A stretch of 64,000 nucleotides of DNA from Cycas panzhihuaensis (Eukaryota > Plantae > Cycadophyta), in contig CM041465.1 of the NCBI GenBank assembly GCA_023213395.1, positions 67,339,741-67,403,740 of the forward strand. The letters run 5' to 3'. A model generated the notes under the pieces. The model worked only from the letters and a program-made list of their open reading frames with translations, was not told the origin of the DNA and did no database searches. Below are positions 1 through 13,600 of this stretch, piece after piece. How positions within the stretch are numbered: the first letter of the stretch is position 1; each line of letters starts with the position of its first letter. The position numbers were made by a program, and so were the translations under genes.

Positions 1-2999
1 TTAGTTAATTAATGATTTGATGAGTTTGGTCTTGCAACTTATAAATGGAGATATGATGTTGTTGAGAAAGAAACTTCATACATCATGATGAATTAAGAGT
101 CATGAGTTATGATTATTTAATTGATTGATTGATGAATTTATAGGTGGTTGGTATGATACATTCTTATTATGTAATATGTTGATTATATAAGAAGATTTTT
201 TTAAAGGAGACAAATATAATGAAGATAGGTTTGACACATTGATGTATAAATGATATGGATGTAATGAGGATATAGACGAGTAAGTGAAGAACATAAAGAT
301 ATAGGATGAAGATACAAAGATAAAGATTTAAAATTTCCTATAAATTAAACATTTAAGGTTTGGGGGGGCGTCTTAGAAGTATTAGAATGTTAGTTTTCAC
401 CAATATCAATAAAATATTTAATTACTATATCAAGATTATCATTGGTTGATATAAAAGTTTTCAATACATATAGTCTAATGGGTTGATGTAATGATAAAAT
501 ATAATTGTATGATGATGAGATGATACATATACATAAGGGAAATACTTATTATAAAGAAACATGGATCACCTAGTCTTATTTGTGAGGATAGGATGACTCA
601 CCATGTGGTTCATTGATTAATATTATTAATATGAGATCTTAAAAATATTTAGAAGTGAGTTTTTTTTTTTGTAAGGTTTCCATTTTAAACATGATATATA
701 TATGGTGTATATATTATTAATTTTTATGCCCTTATCCTTATTCATTTATTATATACTTAATTGATCATGTGCTTATATTATATCCTACTTGATTGCATAA
801 TTCAACATAAAATATTTTACAAAATTTAATACTAATTCCATACTTCCCTTGAGCTTGTAGATTTGTTCTTTCTAAGGGGAAAGTCTATCCTATTCCCTAA
901 GGATAATAGACTTTAGGTTGACATATTGGTTGGTCTATTCGTAAATCTATTTGGCCCATTCCTAAGGTTTAGTGTTTGCCTTAAAAGTGAATCTCTTGAA
1001 TTCATCTTTAACCTCCTACTTTGTACCATTAATAAATGTGATATTATTTATAAACTCCTTTACTTTTAGAGAAAAGGGGCCATGAATGTCTATCTATTTA
1101 GTACTATATTTTAATAATTATAGGTTCTAAAACCTCCTTAGTGTCCTTAGTATAAGTAGTGATAAATTTTGCCTGACCCATATTTGAATCCAATATGTCT
1201 TTCTATTTAGTGATAAAAGGTCTAACTACTCTTGATTTTATGGCATGTATATATTTCATAAAAGTACTAAACTTGCTAAGCTCTTGCAATCTTATTTAAA
1301 GGAATCTTATACCCTATATGATATTTTCTTCAATCTCTAGATTCTCTTCTTTAATATAAATAATCTCTAGATAATATTCTATTAAAATGCATTTTATCAC
1401 ATCTTAGCAAAGAGAGATGTCCCTTGCGAAGGTAATAACTTTCACTTACCTATATAATTATTTCATTAGATTTATACTTTGGATTTTATTAGTTTCCTTT
1501 ATGAGATTATTATTATTGATGAGATAACTTATTTCATTAGCAAGTGCCAATTTTACTCCTAAGTTTGTGTGATATATCATTAATGAGACCATTCCCATGG
1601 TATACATAGAGGGGTAACCTCCTATTCTAAATAACAGAGAGCCAACATTGATATGTCCTCATATGATGTTGTTTGCCTCCTTGAGGAGGACTATGGAGAT
1701 GTGGGTAGTTGAGAACCATAAGTTCCAAACTAAGATTAGAGAGTTAGAGGGCCAAGGATAAGGGATAGTGGCACTAGTTGTTATAGATCCACTCAAGGTA
1801 CTACCAAGAGTGGGCGCATAAAGCATCAACCTTCGATCTTGATTAGACAAGGTCTAGAGAGAGAAGGAGACTTATTGTAAGCCAGGTATAATTTCCTCAT
1901 AGAGTAGGTGGTAGATAAGTCAAGACAAAATCAAAAAAAGATGTCCACATCCACTCCACATTAGTAAATAAGGGATGAGAGGAGCAAGGTGCACATATCA
2001 CAATGCCCCAGGCATAATGTAGAAGGTAGCACTAGGGCACCTATGAGGGGACCTATTTAAGAGGAGAGTGGCACACAATGAGGTGGTCTTTTAGACTTAG
2101 GGGTTTTCAGTAGAGGTAAGTAGACCACCAAGGATTAGAATATATGCATTATAGAGCCCATTTTGCAATTATAGACCTCTATAAGGATTCAAACTCTCTC
2201 ATGATATTTATGTATATAGATCTACTTGTTGTATCATATAATTATATATATATATATATATATAATGGATAAATAGATATGGGGATCTAATTTATGTTTC
2301 CTCATTCTTTCATTATATACTCTTTTGTGGATGCATGTGATTAGACTATATCATTTTCATTTGGATATATAATTTATTTTTATGTACTATTAAGTTGGTG
2401 TTTTTCTTGTATACAATATCATGGCATATGCAACACATAAAACATAATCATTAATCATGTTGGTATGCTTGTGGCTCAATATAATACAATGGGTAGATGT
2501 AAATTTATACTCATGGAGGAGTCTCATGCCCCCATTAGTGAGAAGGAATGCCCGTCTTAGAGTAAGGAGTGAATCATGGCCATGTAGTGGAATCACATCC
2601 TATGGGTGTGATGACACAAAAAGTAAATACACATTCTTTGGTAAATTTTTAGGGATTTTATGATTCTTTTTATAAGTTTTTAGATAATATTTATAAGTGA
2701 TAGTTTATACTCATGACATAGTAGGGTGCCCCCATGGGGCACTATCCTATTGATGGATAAGAATATAATAAGGTAATAGGCATGAATGCATCATGAATAA
2801 TAATAGTTTAAGCTCATTTTAGAGTAAGGTGTCCCCTATGGTAGTGTGTCAGCTATATTATTTTTTTAAGGAATTAATCATTGATATCCTTTTCAAACTC
2901 AATGCCTTCTAACATTGTAATTTGATAGGATCCATTGTCTAAACTCTACATAATGATGAATGAACTGACTTGTTTTAAACCAAGCTTTAATAAGTAGTC

Positions 3000-4944
3000 A
3001 TGTAAATACTCTAATTTGAGGATTTTATTACCTAGAACTAAGGGTTAGGGATGAACATGTTTGTCATGGATATTTTGTGCTCTAGCATTTCATGCTAAAC
3101 TCACTTGGTAGGTAGTAAGGAATTTCTCATCAAGTGCTTTAACTATAAGTAGATAAGCTTGGCATCACAACTTTTTATTAATAAAATCTTTTAGCGAAAC
3201 TTGTTAAGACAAGATTTCCACTTTAAGGTGAAGGATAGCCTTTGATCCATAGACTAAGAAGGTGGGGCTCATACTTGTAGGTATGCTTATAGATGTTTGG
3301 TACACCTATAAGGTTATGTAGAGTTGTAAATACTAATCTCTTTAAGAGTGGGCCATAGTTTTCTTAAGAATGTCAACCATTATTTTGTTGAAAGCCTTAA
3401 TTTATGCATTAGCTTTGGGGTAATAGGGGGATGAGGTCTTATGAGTGATTCAAAATCTATCACAAAGCTCATCAATTTCTTTATTATAAAATAAGTTCCT
3501 ATTATTAATTATTAAGGCATCAAGGACATTCAATTAATAAATGATATGTTGGAAGATGAAGGTGGTGATTATTTTACACATTGTAGAAGAAAGGGGGACC
3601 ACCTCACCTGACTTCATAAAGTACTTAGTTGCAATTAAAATCAACTTATATTTATTTAAGGACATCGGTGTTATAGATCCTATAAGGTCAAGACCCCATT
3701 GAGAGAATGGACATGATAATACTATAGTATGTAGTGCTTCTGATGGTTAGTGATAGTGAATGGCAGAATACTCTTGGCACTTACAATATAATTGCATGTA
3801 ATCATGGGTATCCTTAAATATGGTAGGCCAATAAAATCCCACATATAGGATCCTTTAAGCCATAGATTGGCCCATAAAATAGTCTCTACAAATGGTATTG
3901 TCACATTCATGGAGGACTTGGTTTATCTTATTTGGGTTCATATATCTTACGAGGTTTCTCTTAAATGACCTATTATGTAGCACATCCTATATGAGTAAGT
4001 ATTAATAGGTAGTTGCCCTTATGCATAACTTCACTTTCTTACTTGCATCTTTAGGATACCTTTATTGAGTTAGGTACGAAGCCTCATTGATTGGCCTTTA
4101 GCCCTCAATTTTCTCAAGGAAAAGGATCATTCTATTAAGTAAAGAGTCATCAATGAGAAGGGGTGAATGAACATGTTACTTGGCAACCACCATCCCTTTC
4201 TTAGATTTTCTATTCAAGATTTTTAAGCCATACTTCTATAGGAGAGTAAATAACTTCCTAGTTTATTTAGTCAAATTGGATTGCATCATAAGGTAATAGA
4301 GTATATTTAACCAGATGATCATGTTGGTTATGTTGCCTAAAATGTAATGCCTTAACTTCTTCATAGAAAACATGAGGGCTTAACTCTCCTTCTCAACAAG
4401 ACTATAACTAATCTCAACAGTGACTAGTATTTGACTTATAAAGTAGATGACCCTCTTAGTTTTAAAGTTATCATTTTGGGTGAGAATAGTGCTAATTGAT
4501 TCATCAATTGATAAAGTGTATAAAATGAAAGAATGATGAGGGTAGAGATAAGGGCATATTTAAGCTCTTGGAATACACCTTAGGCTTTATGAGACCAGAT
4601 AAAAAGGGTCCCTTTCTTGATGAGACTCAATAGTAATTTGGTTTTAGGAGAAAAATAATCCAAGAATTGATGTAGGATGCCTAGATTATCCAAAAATGAC
4701 TTAATTTATCTTTGAGTCTTTGGGGGAAGCATCTTTATGATGGCCTTAACCTTAACAAGATCAACATGGATCCTTTGTTAAGAGACATAAAAGGCCAATA
4801 ATTTATTGACTGTGATGGCAAAGATATATTTAAGTAGATTGAGGCTTATGTGGTATTTTCTACACTTAAAAAGAAAATTTCTTAGGTCTATAGGGTGATC
4901 AATTCTCTTTCATGAGAGGCCCATCAAGTCATCCATAAAGATCT
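3000..4944 (-). pseudogene. Gypsy pol remnant: RT C-terminal part, RNase H, integrase
   Basis: Motifs FMDDL, SYSLVEK, GFYWPTIFKDTHDY..C..CQ, WGLDLIG, SSPYYP.AN; many stops and frameshifts. Confidence 0.85.
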
Positions 4945-5590
4945 TGTTGGATATTGTGACAACAATAGCTTGAGACTAAAATTTTGGTATGTTGTCGATG
5001 CAGTTTCCCCCCCTAATCTTTCTTGGGGGGTTTAAAGGGGGTTGGGAGCCCCCCTTGGCTGGGGGATGCGGGGAGGGGTGGAACGTGCTCCACTAAGAGG
5101 GGGTTCAGGGGTGATAGCCCCCGACCCAAAAAATGAGCCATGTAAACCATATTAAAATGTAAAGAGAATCAAGGTCATTCGATATAAATACACTAGATTC
5201 TATGACTGAGATTTATGCCTTAGATGTCCCCCTTATATAGCCCGATTTAGGGATTTTCTTATTATGTTGTATATAATGTAATGTATTGCGAAGAGGGCGG
5301 CAGCTAGTTCTTGTTCCTAAGAGCACTCTGCTACTAAGATATACTTTTTCTCCATTTTACATCAATAAAGATCAATACATTTCCTATGTCGATGTTTCCC
5401 TAGCACACTGCTAGGGTTTTACCACGTTATGTCAGGTGCATATGTGATGTTTAGCTTTTATATTCATGTTATTGTATTATCTTTGAGTTTAGAACTTGTA
5501 TGCTAAATTCTAGTTTTGATTCCTGTAACTAGTTACAAAATAGTTTAGATCTTGTGGCAGTTTAAGGTTTGGAACCTTGTATTCTTAACA
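4945..5590 (+). repeat. Copia-1 5' LTR (~646 bp)
   Basis: TGTTGGATATTGTGACAAC...TTCTTAACA; collinear with 9390-10046. Confidence 0.95.
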
Positions 5591-5592
5591 AG

Positions 5593-5605
5593 TGGTATCA
5601 AAGCC
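5593..5605 (+). promoter_or_regulatory. Primer-binding site (tRNA-iMet), Copia-1
   Basis: TGGTATCAAAGCC, 2 nt after the LTR end; consensus is TGGTATCAGAGC. Confidence 0.9.
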
Positions 5606-5665
5606 TTCTTTTTTTTTTTTTGCAGCAAGTTTGTGAAGGTTTTAGTGTCGACTTTTCTACGCTAA

Positions 5666-8600
5666 ATGGAGAAACTAGCAGGTGCAAAGTTTGAGGTAGA
5701 GAAATTTAATGGCAAGAACAACTTCAAGTTGTGGAAGCTAAAAGCACATGATATTCTTGTACAGCAGGGTTTGTATAAAGCCCTTGCATGTAAATCGAAG
5801 AAACCCGTAGGGATAGATGATGATGAATAGGATGACTTACACAAAAAGGCACTTAGCACAATACAATTGTGCTTGGCAGATGAAGTCTTGTTTAACATCA
5901 TAGGGGAGGAGACAGCAATAGGATTATGGATCTGGTTGGAAGGCCTATATATGACTAAATCAGTAATAAATTGAATCTACCTGAAGAGGCAACTATACTC
6001 ATTATAGATGAAGGAAGCTACAAAAATTGCTGACCGTCTAAATTTTTTCAATACTCTTATTTGTCAGTTGATATATTAAGGTCCAATTCAAAGAACAAAA
6101 AGAGTAAGCTCAGGTGTTGGCATTGTAATAAGACCGGTCACCTCAAGAAAGATTGCTACAAAACGAAGGAGTTCTGGAAAAAGGAAGATCCTGCCAAGGA
6201 GGCAAATTAGGTGGAGTCAAATCAAGGTATGGATGATGATGTCTTAGTTGCTTGTAACATTTCTCATTATCACCATGACTAGTTATTAGATTCAGGTGCT
6301 TCGCACCACATATGTCCACACAAGAGCTGGTTCTCATCATACCGACCTCTTGATGGTGGTGATGTGCTTATGAGAAATGAAGTTTCTTCTAAGATAGTGG
6401 GCATTGGTAGCATCAGAATTAAGATCTTCGATGGAGTAGTCAAAACACTAACTAAGGTTAGACATGTATCTGATCTAAAAGGGAATCTTATTTCCTTGGG
6501 TGAACTAGATTTAGGTGGTTTTAAGCATACATGTCATGAAGGAGTCCTAAAGGTGTCAAAGAGCACCTTGGTTGTTATGAAAGCCTTAAAGAAAGGAAAT
6601 CTTTATATTTTAGTGGGAAGTATAGATGTCATCCAAGCATCTACAGTATCAAAGACTGCAGAAGATCCAACTCAGTTATGGCATCAAAGACTTGGGCACA
6701 TGAGTGAGAGAGGACTTAAGGTGTTGAACCGTAAGTTGCTTCCTAACTTGCAGCTTTCAGATTTGGCTTTCTGTAAACATTGTATTTTTGGAAAGCAGTG
6801 TAGACTCATGTTTAAAGTAGAGAGTCACATTAGTAAGGCATTCTAGATTACATACATTCAGATGTGTGGGGACCAACTCCTAAAATATCTTGTAGAGGAT
6901 CATTGTACTTTGTCACATTTATAGATGATTACTCCAGGAAGGTATGGGTCTATTTTTTAAAAGGAAATCTGAAGTGTTTAGTGTGTTTAAGCAATTCAAG
7001 GCTCTAGTTAAGAACAACACTAGTAAGATAATCAAATGTTTAAGAACTGATAATAGAGGTGAGTTCAACTCTTTGGAATTTGAGAACTATTGCAGAGAAG
7101 ATGGGATCGAAAGACACAAGACCACTAGCTATACTCAACGACAAAATGGCATTGCTAAGTACATGAATAAGACACTCTTAGAAAGAGCAAGAAGCATGCT
7201 AAGTAATGTAGGAGTGGAGTAGATCTTGTGGGCAGAAGCTATTCAAACATCTTGCTATCTCGTAAACAGGTCACCATCACTTGTAATAGATTGTAAGATT
7301 CCTGAAGAGGTATGGACTGGACATCCATGTGATTATTCAAATTTAAAAGTTTTGGTTGTGATGCTTATGCCTAGACTGACAAAAGTAAACATTCAAAGTT
7401 AGACCCAAAATCCAAGGGATATATCTTTGTTGGTTATGGTGATAAGGATGGTGTGAAGGGATATAGGTTGTGGGATCCTACTACCATAAAATCACCATTA
7501 ACAGAGATGTCATATTTGATGAATCTCCCCTTGTAAAATCAGACAGTGGAAAAGTTGAAATGAAATAGGAGCAGCAAGTTAAACATCAATAAGTCAAGTT
7601 TGAAATGTAACCATCTGTAGAATCAGAAGAGCAGGAAGATCTTTTTGAAGATGAATCAACAGTAGATTCACAGGAGTATATGGACACTCCTCTGCCAACA
7701 GTTAGAAGATCTACACGAGTTAGTCATCCACCTGACAAGTACATCCCTTCTATTTCTATTTCTTTGGTTTCTCATGATGATGAGCCCAGAGGTTATCAGG
7801 AAGCAGTAGATGATAACTATGGTGAGAAGTAGAAAAGGGCTATGTAGGAAGAGATAGATGCTTTGAACAAAAATAATTCATGGGACTTGGTATAACTTCT
7901 ACATGGCGGGAAGACTATTGGTTGCAGGTGGGTTTTCAAAAAGAAAACAGATGTTGATGGAAAGGTTGATAAATACAGGGCAAGACTGGTGGCTAAAGGT
8001 TTTGCACAGAAAGTAGGTATTGACTTTCATAAGATCTTTTCACTAATTATCAAACCTGTTTCAATTCGAGTGCTATTAGCGTTGGTAGCTTCTCTCAATT
8101 TAGAGTTGGAGCAGTTAGATGTAAAAACTACTTCTTTATATAGAGATTTAGATAAGGAGATCTATACAGATCAACCAGAAGGGTTTGTACAAGATGGCAA
8201 GAAAAGACTTATTTACAGGCTCAGGAAATCATTGTATGGCCTGAAGTAATCACCCAAACAGTGGTACAAGAAGTTTGATGCCTTCACGGAGAGCCAATAT
8301 TTTAAAAGAAGTGAGTATGATCATTTTGTTTACTTTAAATTTATGGACAATGGCTTATTCATTATCTTGGTATTATATGTTGATGCCATATTGGTTGTAA
8401 GCAAGAGCATGGAAGAAATCAATAAGTTAAAGGCTCAATTGGTTACGACTTTTGATATGAAGGATCTAGGGGCTACAAAATAAATCTTAGGCATGGAGAT
8501 ACATAGCGATAGGAAAAATGGTAAGCTATGGTTATCACAGCAGACATATGTGGAGAAGGTACTAACCAGGTTTAGTATGACAAATGTGAAACTAGTGAGT

Positions 8601-9332
8601 ATCCCATTGGCTTCCCACTTCAAGCTTTCTTCGAATATGAGTCCTAGCAGTGAAGAAGAAAAGGTTTATATGTCTCGTGTTCCTTACGCCAGTGTAGTAG
8701 GAAGTTTGATATATGCCATGGTATGTATAAGACCTGATATTTCACATGCAATCGGTGTAGTTAGCAGGTTTATGGCAAATCTAGAAAAAGAACATTAGGT
8801 TGTAGTGAAATGGGTGCTTCGGTATTTAAGAGGCACAAGTGACTACTGCATCACCTTTGAAGGTATAAGTAACCAGGTTTGTGGATATGTCGATTCAAAC
8901 TTTATAGGAGATTTAGACAAAAGAAGGTCTACTTTAGGTTATGTTTTCACTCTTGCAAATGGTCTAGTTAGTTGGATGTCCAAATTGTAGAGTACAATTG
9001 CATTGTGAACCACAGAAGGTGAATATGTTGATGCAACATATGCTTCTAAAGAAGTAATCTGGTTACAGTGTCTATTGGTTGAGCTTGGAAGGAGACAAAA
9101 AAATGTAAAGGTATTTTGTGATAGTCAAAGTGCCATTTACTTAGTTAAGAATCCAACTTATTACAGTAGAACAAAGCATATTACTCTTAAGTACCATTTT
9201 GTTAGACAGGTTGTGGAAGTAGGTGGAGTGACACTTGAGAAGATTCACACCAATCATAATTATACTGATATATTCATAAAACCAGTACTAGTAGAGAAGT
9301 TCAAATGGTGTTTGACCTCTCTTGGCTTGTAG
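5666..9332 (+). pseudogene. Copia-1 gag-pol polyprotein (fragmented)
   Basis: MEKLAGAKFEVEKFNGKNNF, CWHCNKTGHLKKDC, LDSGASHH, LWHQRLGHMSE, FIDDYSRKVW, LRTDNRGEF, EQLDVKT, LRKSLYGLK, DLDKRRST, CDSQSAI, RTKHI; numerous stops and frameshifts. Confidence 0.95.
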
Positions 9333-9389
9333 AAAAGATGATGAAGGGTCCAGGAAAGGTATCAGGTAAATTATTGTCAAGGTAGAGAT

Positions 9390-10046
9390 TGCTGGATATT
9401 GTGACAACAATAGTTTGAGACTCAAATTTTGGCATGTTATTGGTGCGGTTTCCCCCCCTAATCTTTCTCAGGGGGTTTTAAGGGTGGTGGGAGACCCTCT
9501 TGGCCAAGGGGTGCAGGGGGGGTGGGGGTGGGGGTGGAATGCCCCCGGCTAAGATGGGGTTTGGGGGCGATAACCTCCGACCTAAAAAATTATCCCTATA
9601 AACCATATTCAAATATAAAGAAAATCAGGGTCATTTGAAACAAATACCCTAGATTCTATGGCTGAGATTTATGCCTTAGATGTCCCTCTCATGTAGCCTA
9701 ATTTAGGGCTTTTCTTATTATGTTGTATGTAATGTAATATACTGCAATGAGGGTAGCATCTGGTTGTTGTTCCTGAGAGCACTCTACTACTGAGATATAC
9801 TTTTTCTCTATTTTACATCAATAAAGATCGATACCTTTCTTGTGTGGATGTTTCCCTAGCACACTACTAGGGTTTTACCATGTTATATCGGGTGCATATA
9901 TGATGTTTCCCTTTCATATTCATGTTATTATATTATCTATGAGTTTAGAGCTTGCATGTTAAATTCTAGTTTTGATTCCTATAACTAGTTGCAAAATAGT
10001 TCAGATCTTGTGGCGGTTTAAGGTTTGGGACCTTATATTCTCAACA
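9390..10046 (+). repeat. Copia-1 3' LTR (~657 bp)
   Basis: TGCTGGATATTGTGACAAC...TTCTCAACA, preceded by the polypurine tract. Confidence 0.95.
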
Positions 10047-10620
10047 GATCTTGAGAATCTTATTAATAAGGTTGTGAAAAATAAATTGCATAGTGCATTG
10101 GTAGGTGATGCTAGCATTGTTGAGACTAAAATTTATTTCTACATATATAAATATTACCCAAGGTATAGTGAAAGTTATCTTATGATAGTCCGTAGGTAAA
10201 ATTGAGATTTGATTGTACACTAAGAACTTATCTATCAAAGACATAACCTTAAATCTAACAGTTTTGTCAATGATTTGATCAATGAATAAAAGTGGAAAGT
10301 TATCTTTAGATAATGTATTATATATCTCCCTAAAATCTACATATATATGTATGGTTTTTTCCTTCTTAGCAACCAGCACAATGTTAGATACCCACTTGGG
10401 ATAATCAATAAATGTAATAAGCCCAATATTATGTACTTTCTCCACTTCCATCTTCATAGTGGTGGATAATTTAAGATGTGAAGGTCTTTGATTTTACCAA
10501 ATTGGATTGCCTTTGGGAACTATTGTGAGGTTATAGTTGATAATATTAGGGCTTATGCCCTTCATGTCTTTATACTCCCATGCAAAATAGTCCCAAAACT
10601 CTTGTGAAACCTTGTGTATT
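10047..10620 (-). pseudogene. Gypsy reverse transcriptase, N-terminal part
   Basis: ORF 10041..10457(-) resembles Tat-type RT (WVSNIV, VDFR, KDNFPL, YNQI, TFTIPW). Confidence 0.9.
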
Positions 10621-13600
10621 GTTCAACCTCTTAATGGGAACATTTGATGCCAATCTTAATAACCTTATTTAGGGAAAGGATAATGTCTCTTATTTTCCCA
10701 GATAAAAGGATATTTCCCTCCCTAAAGTAAGGAGGGGCCTAATTAATTTAGGGACTAGGAATACTTTAGATATTATTAAGGTTATCCAAGTAGGAATTGA
10801 TGGTAAGTTACTTCCAAAATCTTAGCTTTTGGTGGTTTGGAGGGAGATTAGGTGATAAGTCTACTAAGTGTTCAAGTAAGGCCTCATCATTCCTTACATA
10901 ATCTACCCCATGGATGGTCTTGCACATGGTAGGTGGAGATGGATTTGGGCTTGGGGGATGTTCATACCAATCAATTACCAAGCCAACAAAGTTAAGGGAC
11001 TCCTCTAATGAGTTCAAGTAGAGGTGGAGGATTAAGTGGATATTGAGAGTATGAATTAGGATCCTATAGGGGTCATAATCATATATAATTAACTCATCAT
11101 ATGAGAAAATAGATTTTGAATCTTCATTTGAATCATAAACAAGGAGGGCTTGTTTTGGGATAAGCCTTATAATCATGTTACTTAAGTGATCCCCCACACA
11201 TTGAATCATGTTAATGGTTCATGGTGAGGGGGTGGATAAGAAGGGGTCACTGACTAGGAATGAAGTTCTGATGGAGTGGAACCATGGACCCTTAGGATGT
11301 TGTATATATAGGCAATGACCCAAGGGATGTCTCCCCAAAAGGTTGCTTAAAAGAAAGAGTGGTAATGTATCCACTAAGAAAGAATATTTAAGAATCGTTA
11401 CTTGGGTGATTGGGATGTTAATTATGTAAAAGTTAGATAGAATGTGTGCTAGCCATGCTTATAAGAAGAGGGATTCTCAATGAGGAGGGTGTTGGGGAGA
11501 GCATGCTTGCACTCTCCTATTAAAATCATGTCAAGATTGGGTAGGGAGCAAAGTATATGGATTTAGGCTAAAAGGAGGAGAGGCATCTTCATGAGATACC
11601 ACTTCTTAGGAAGAGGTAAGGAGGCTACATGATGTACAAGAGGCTCAAATCCCTTACCCCTAGACTTAGGGTCATTAAGGATGGGAAGGTAGCCATAACT
11701 ACCCATGATTATAGGGGTGAAATATACTAAGTTGAGCTGAGGGGATGCAAGATCTTCCCCATGATAAGGGTTTTTCTCATTAAGGAATTTTTCTATGGAT
11801 GGATCAAGAGGCTCCCCATCACTATCCATAATATCCAAGAAGGCTTAGTAGGTTAGGAGTGAGGTTCATGATGAAGGAAGCTCAAGAACCATAACTCACG
11901 CATATCCCTTATGGATAAATTTTAATTACCCCCATAATTAAGAATAGACCACTCCCATTTGTTGAATAAAGGGAAACTCGAGAGGTGGTTGTAGTCAACA
12001 CTAATATCCAAGATAACAACATCGATAGGAATGGTCTTATCCTTAAGAATAAGAGATAAGGTTACTGCCCTTAAAGGTGCCTTCTCAATCCCATCATACC
12101 TTTGGCGTTTCCAAGGGATAGGCTCAAAAGCCTTAATGTCCAATTTCTTGAGCATCTAGATAGGCATAACATTTACAACGCTCTTGTTTAAGGTAAACTT
12201 AAGTAGTCTCAAAGATGTGGATGACCGATTCTTCCTTAGAATTATGGCATGAAGTGGGTTTTTAGGCCATAGAGCTAGATCAATTGAGACTTTACCTTTG
12301 GGTTGATTAGATGGTGGGTTAAGAGGGTCCCTTTTACTTGGGGTTAGGGATGTACCTTATCCCATTGGTTTTATTGTTGGGGTATTTGTTTGGGAGCATC
12401 ATGGCTCAAGGAGGGGTCTTGATAGATTAGTTAGTCAAGCTTAGGTTTAGAAATGGATTAAGATAGAGGATCCTATGGTGGAGCTAGATTAGGATCTTGG
12501 GTCTAATACTGAGTGTTTCCATAGGCACAAAGGCCATGGACAAAATACCACCTCTTCTCCAATAAGGGTTTGGATCTCTTTTCTTAAGGAGGTTTGAAAT
12601 CCTCCTTAGTTAGTTATATGGTTAGAGAAATCTAGTAGACTAGCCTATAATGATGAAAGGGAGATTATGGCTTTGATGTAGATTATATTTGTTGCAACTT
12701 CAAGTCTTTGAGTGCTTGCTTAAGGGAGAAAATAATAGATGTAAAGGAATCTATAGTCTTATTGATAGTACTAACAAAGAGCTTGGATGATGGTTCTTAG
12801 GCACTTTAGTCATGTGGAAGAGGTGGTACCTTGTAATATGGTGTATTCTTATTTATCATTTCTAGACCATCTCAAATCTTAATAGATCTTAAGGCCAAAC
12901 ATTTAACTATGGTTAAATATGACATAGTTACTTCCATCTTGAATACCTCTATCTAAACCTTAGGGTATATTGTATTAACGAATATGTCTCTCTTTAAATC
13001 CTTAGGCAATGTGACCTTAGAGGAATAAAGGAGATCATAAAACCATTAGATAGAATCTCTGTTGAGCTTGTCTACTCCTTGCTTGAGAGAGATTAATTGC
13101 TTAGGCCTACTCTCAAAGAGTCTCACAACATCGAAGTAGTTAACAAATGTGTCAACTAGCTATTGGAAACAAATTATGGAGTGGGTGAGAATTATGGAAT
13201 GTTCCAACTTGAATTTAAGGATCAAATGAGACATTGGAAGTCTAGGAGTAATATCCTAGTTAGAGTGAGTGTGGAGGGTAGGTAGGATAAAGGGTGTGAC
13301 CTTGTTAGTAGGATGCATAAGAAGGAGTCACATGGGACATTCCCTCATCCTCGATAAGAAGGGGTCATGTCAGGGTAGGAGTGTGAGGGGTATAGGGGTG
13401 GTTAAGAGTAACTCAAACCCTTATATAGAGGAGTGTGATAGGAAGGATTGTCTTGATTCATTACCCCTTAAGTGATGATGTTCACGGAGGGTGTTACCAA
13501 AGGTATCATATATGCCTCTTAATATGCATAAAAATATGAGATTGAATGGGATGCATAAGAGGACGAGTGTGGCAAACAATTTTATCTAACTGGGCCTCCA

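Larger units (their letters stand above)
4945..10046 (+). mobile_element. Full-length degenerate Ty1/Copia retrotransposon (Tnt1/Tork-like), Copia-1
   Basis: Paired TG..CA LTRs, TSD GATCT (4940-4944 / 10047-10051), PBS TGGTATCAAAGCC, PPT AAGGTAGAGA, gag-PR-IN-RT-RH order. Confidence 0.97.

Noticed and set aside
700-2880. 3' LTR partner for the Gypsy LTR at 15593-16251
   Set aside because: No matching sequence could be found by eye, so the region was left unannotated.
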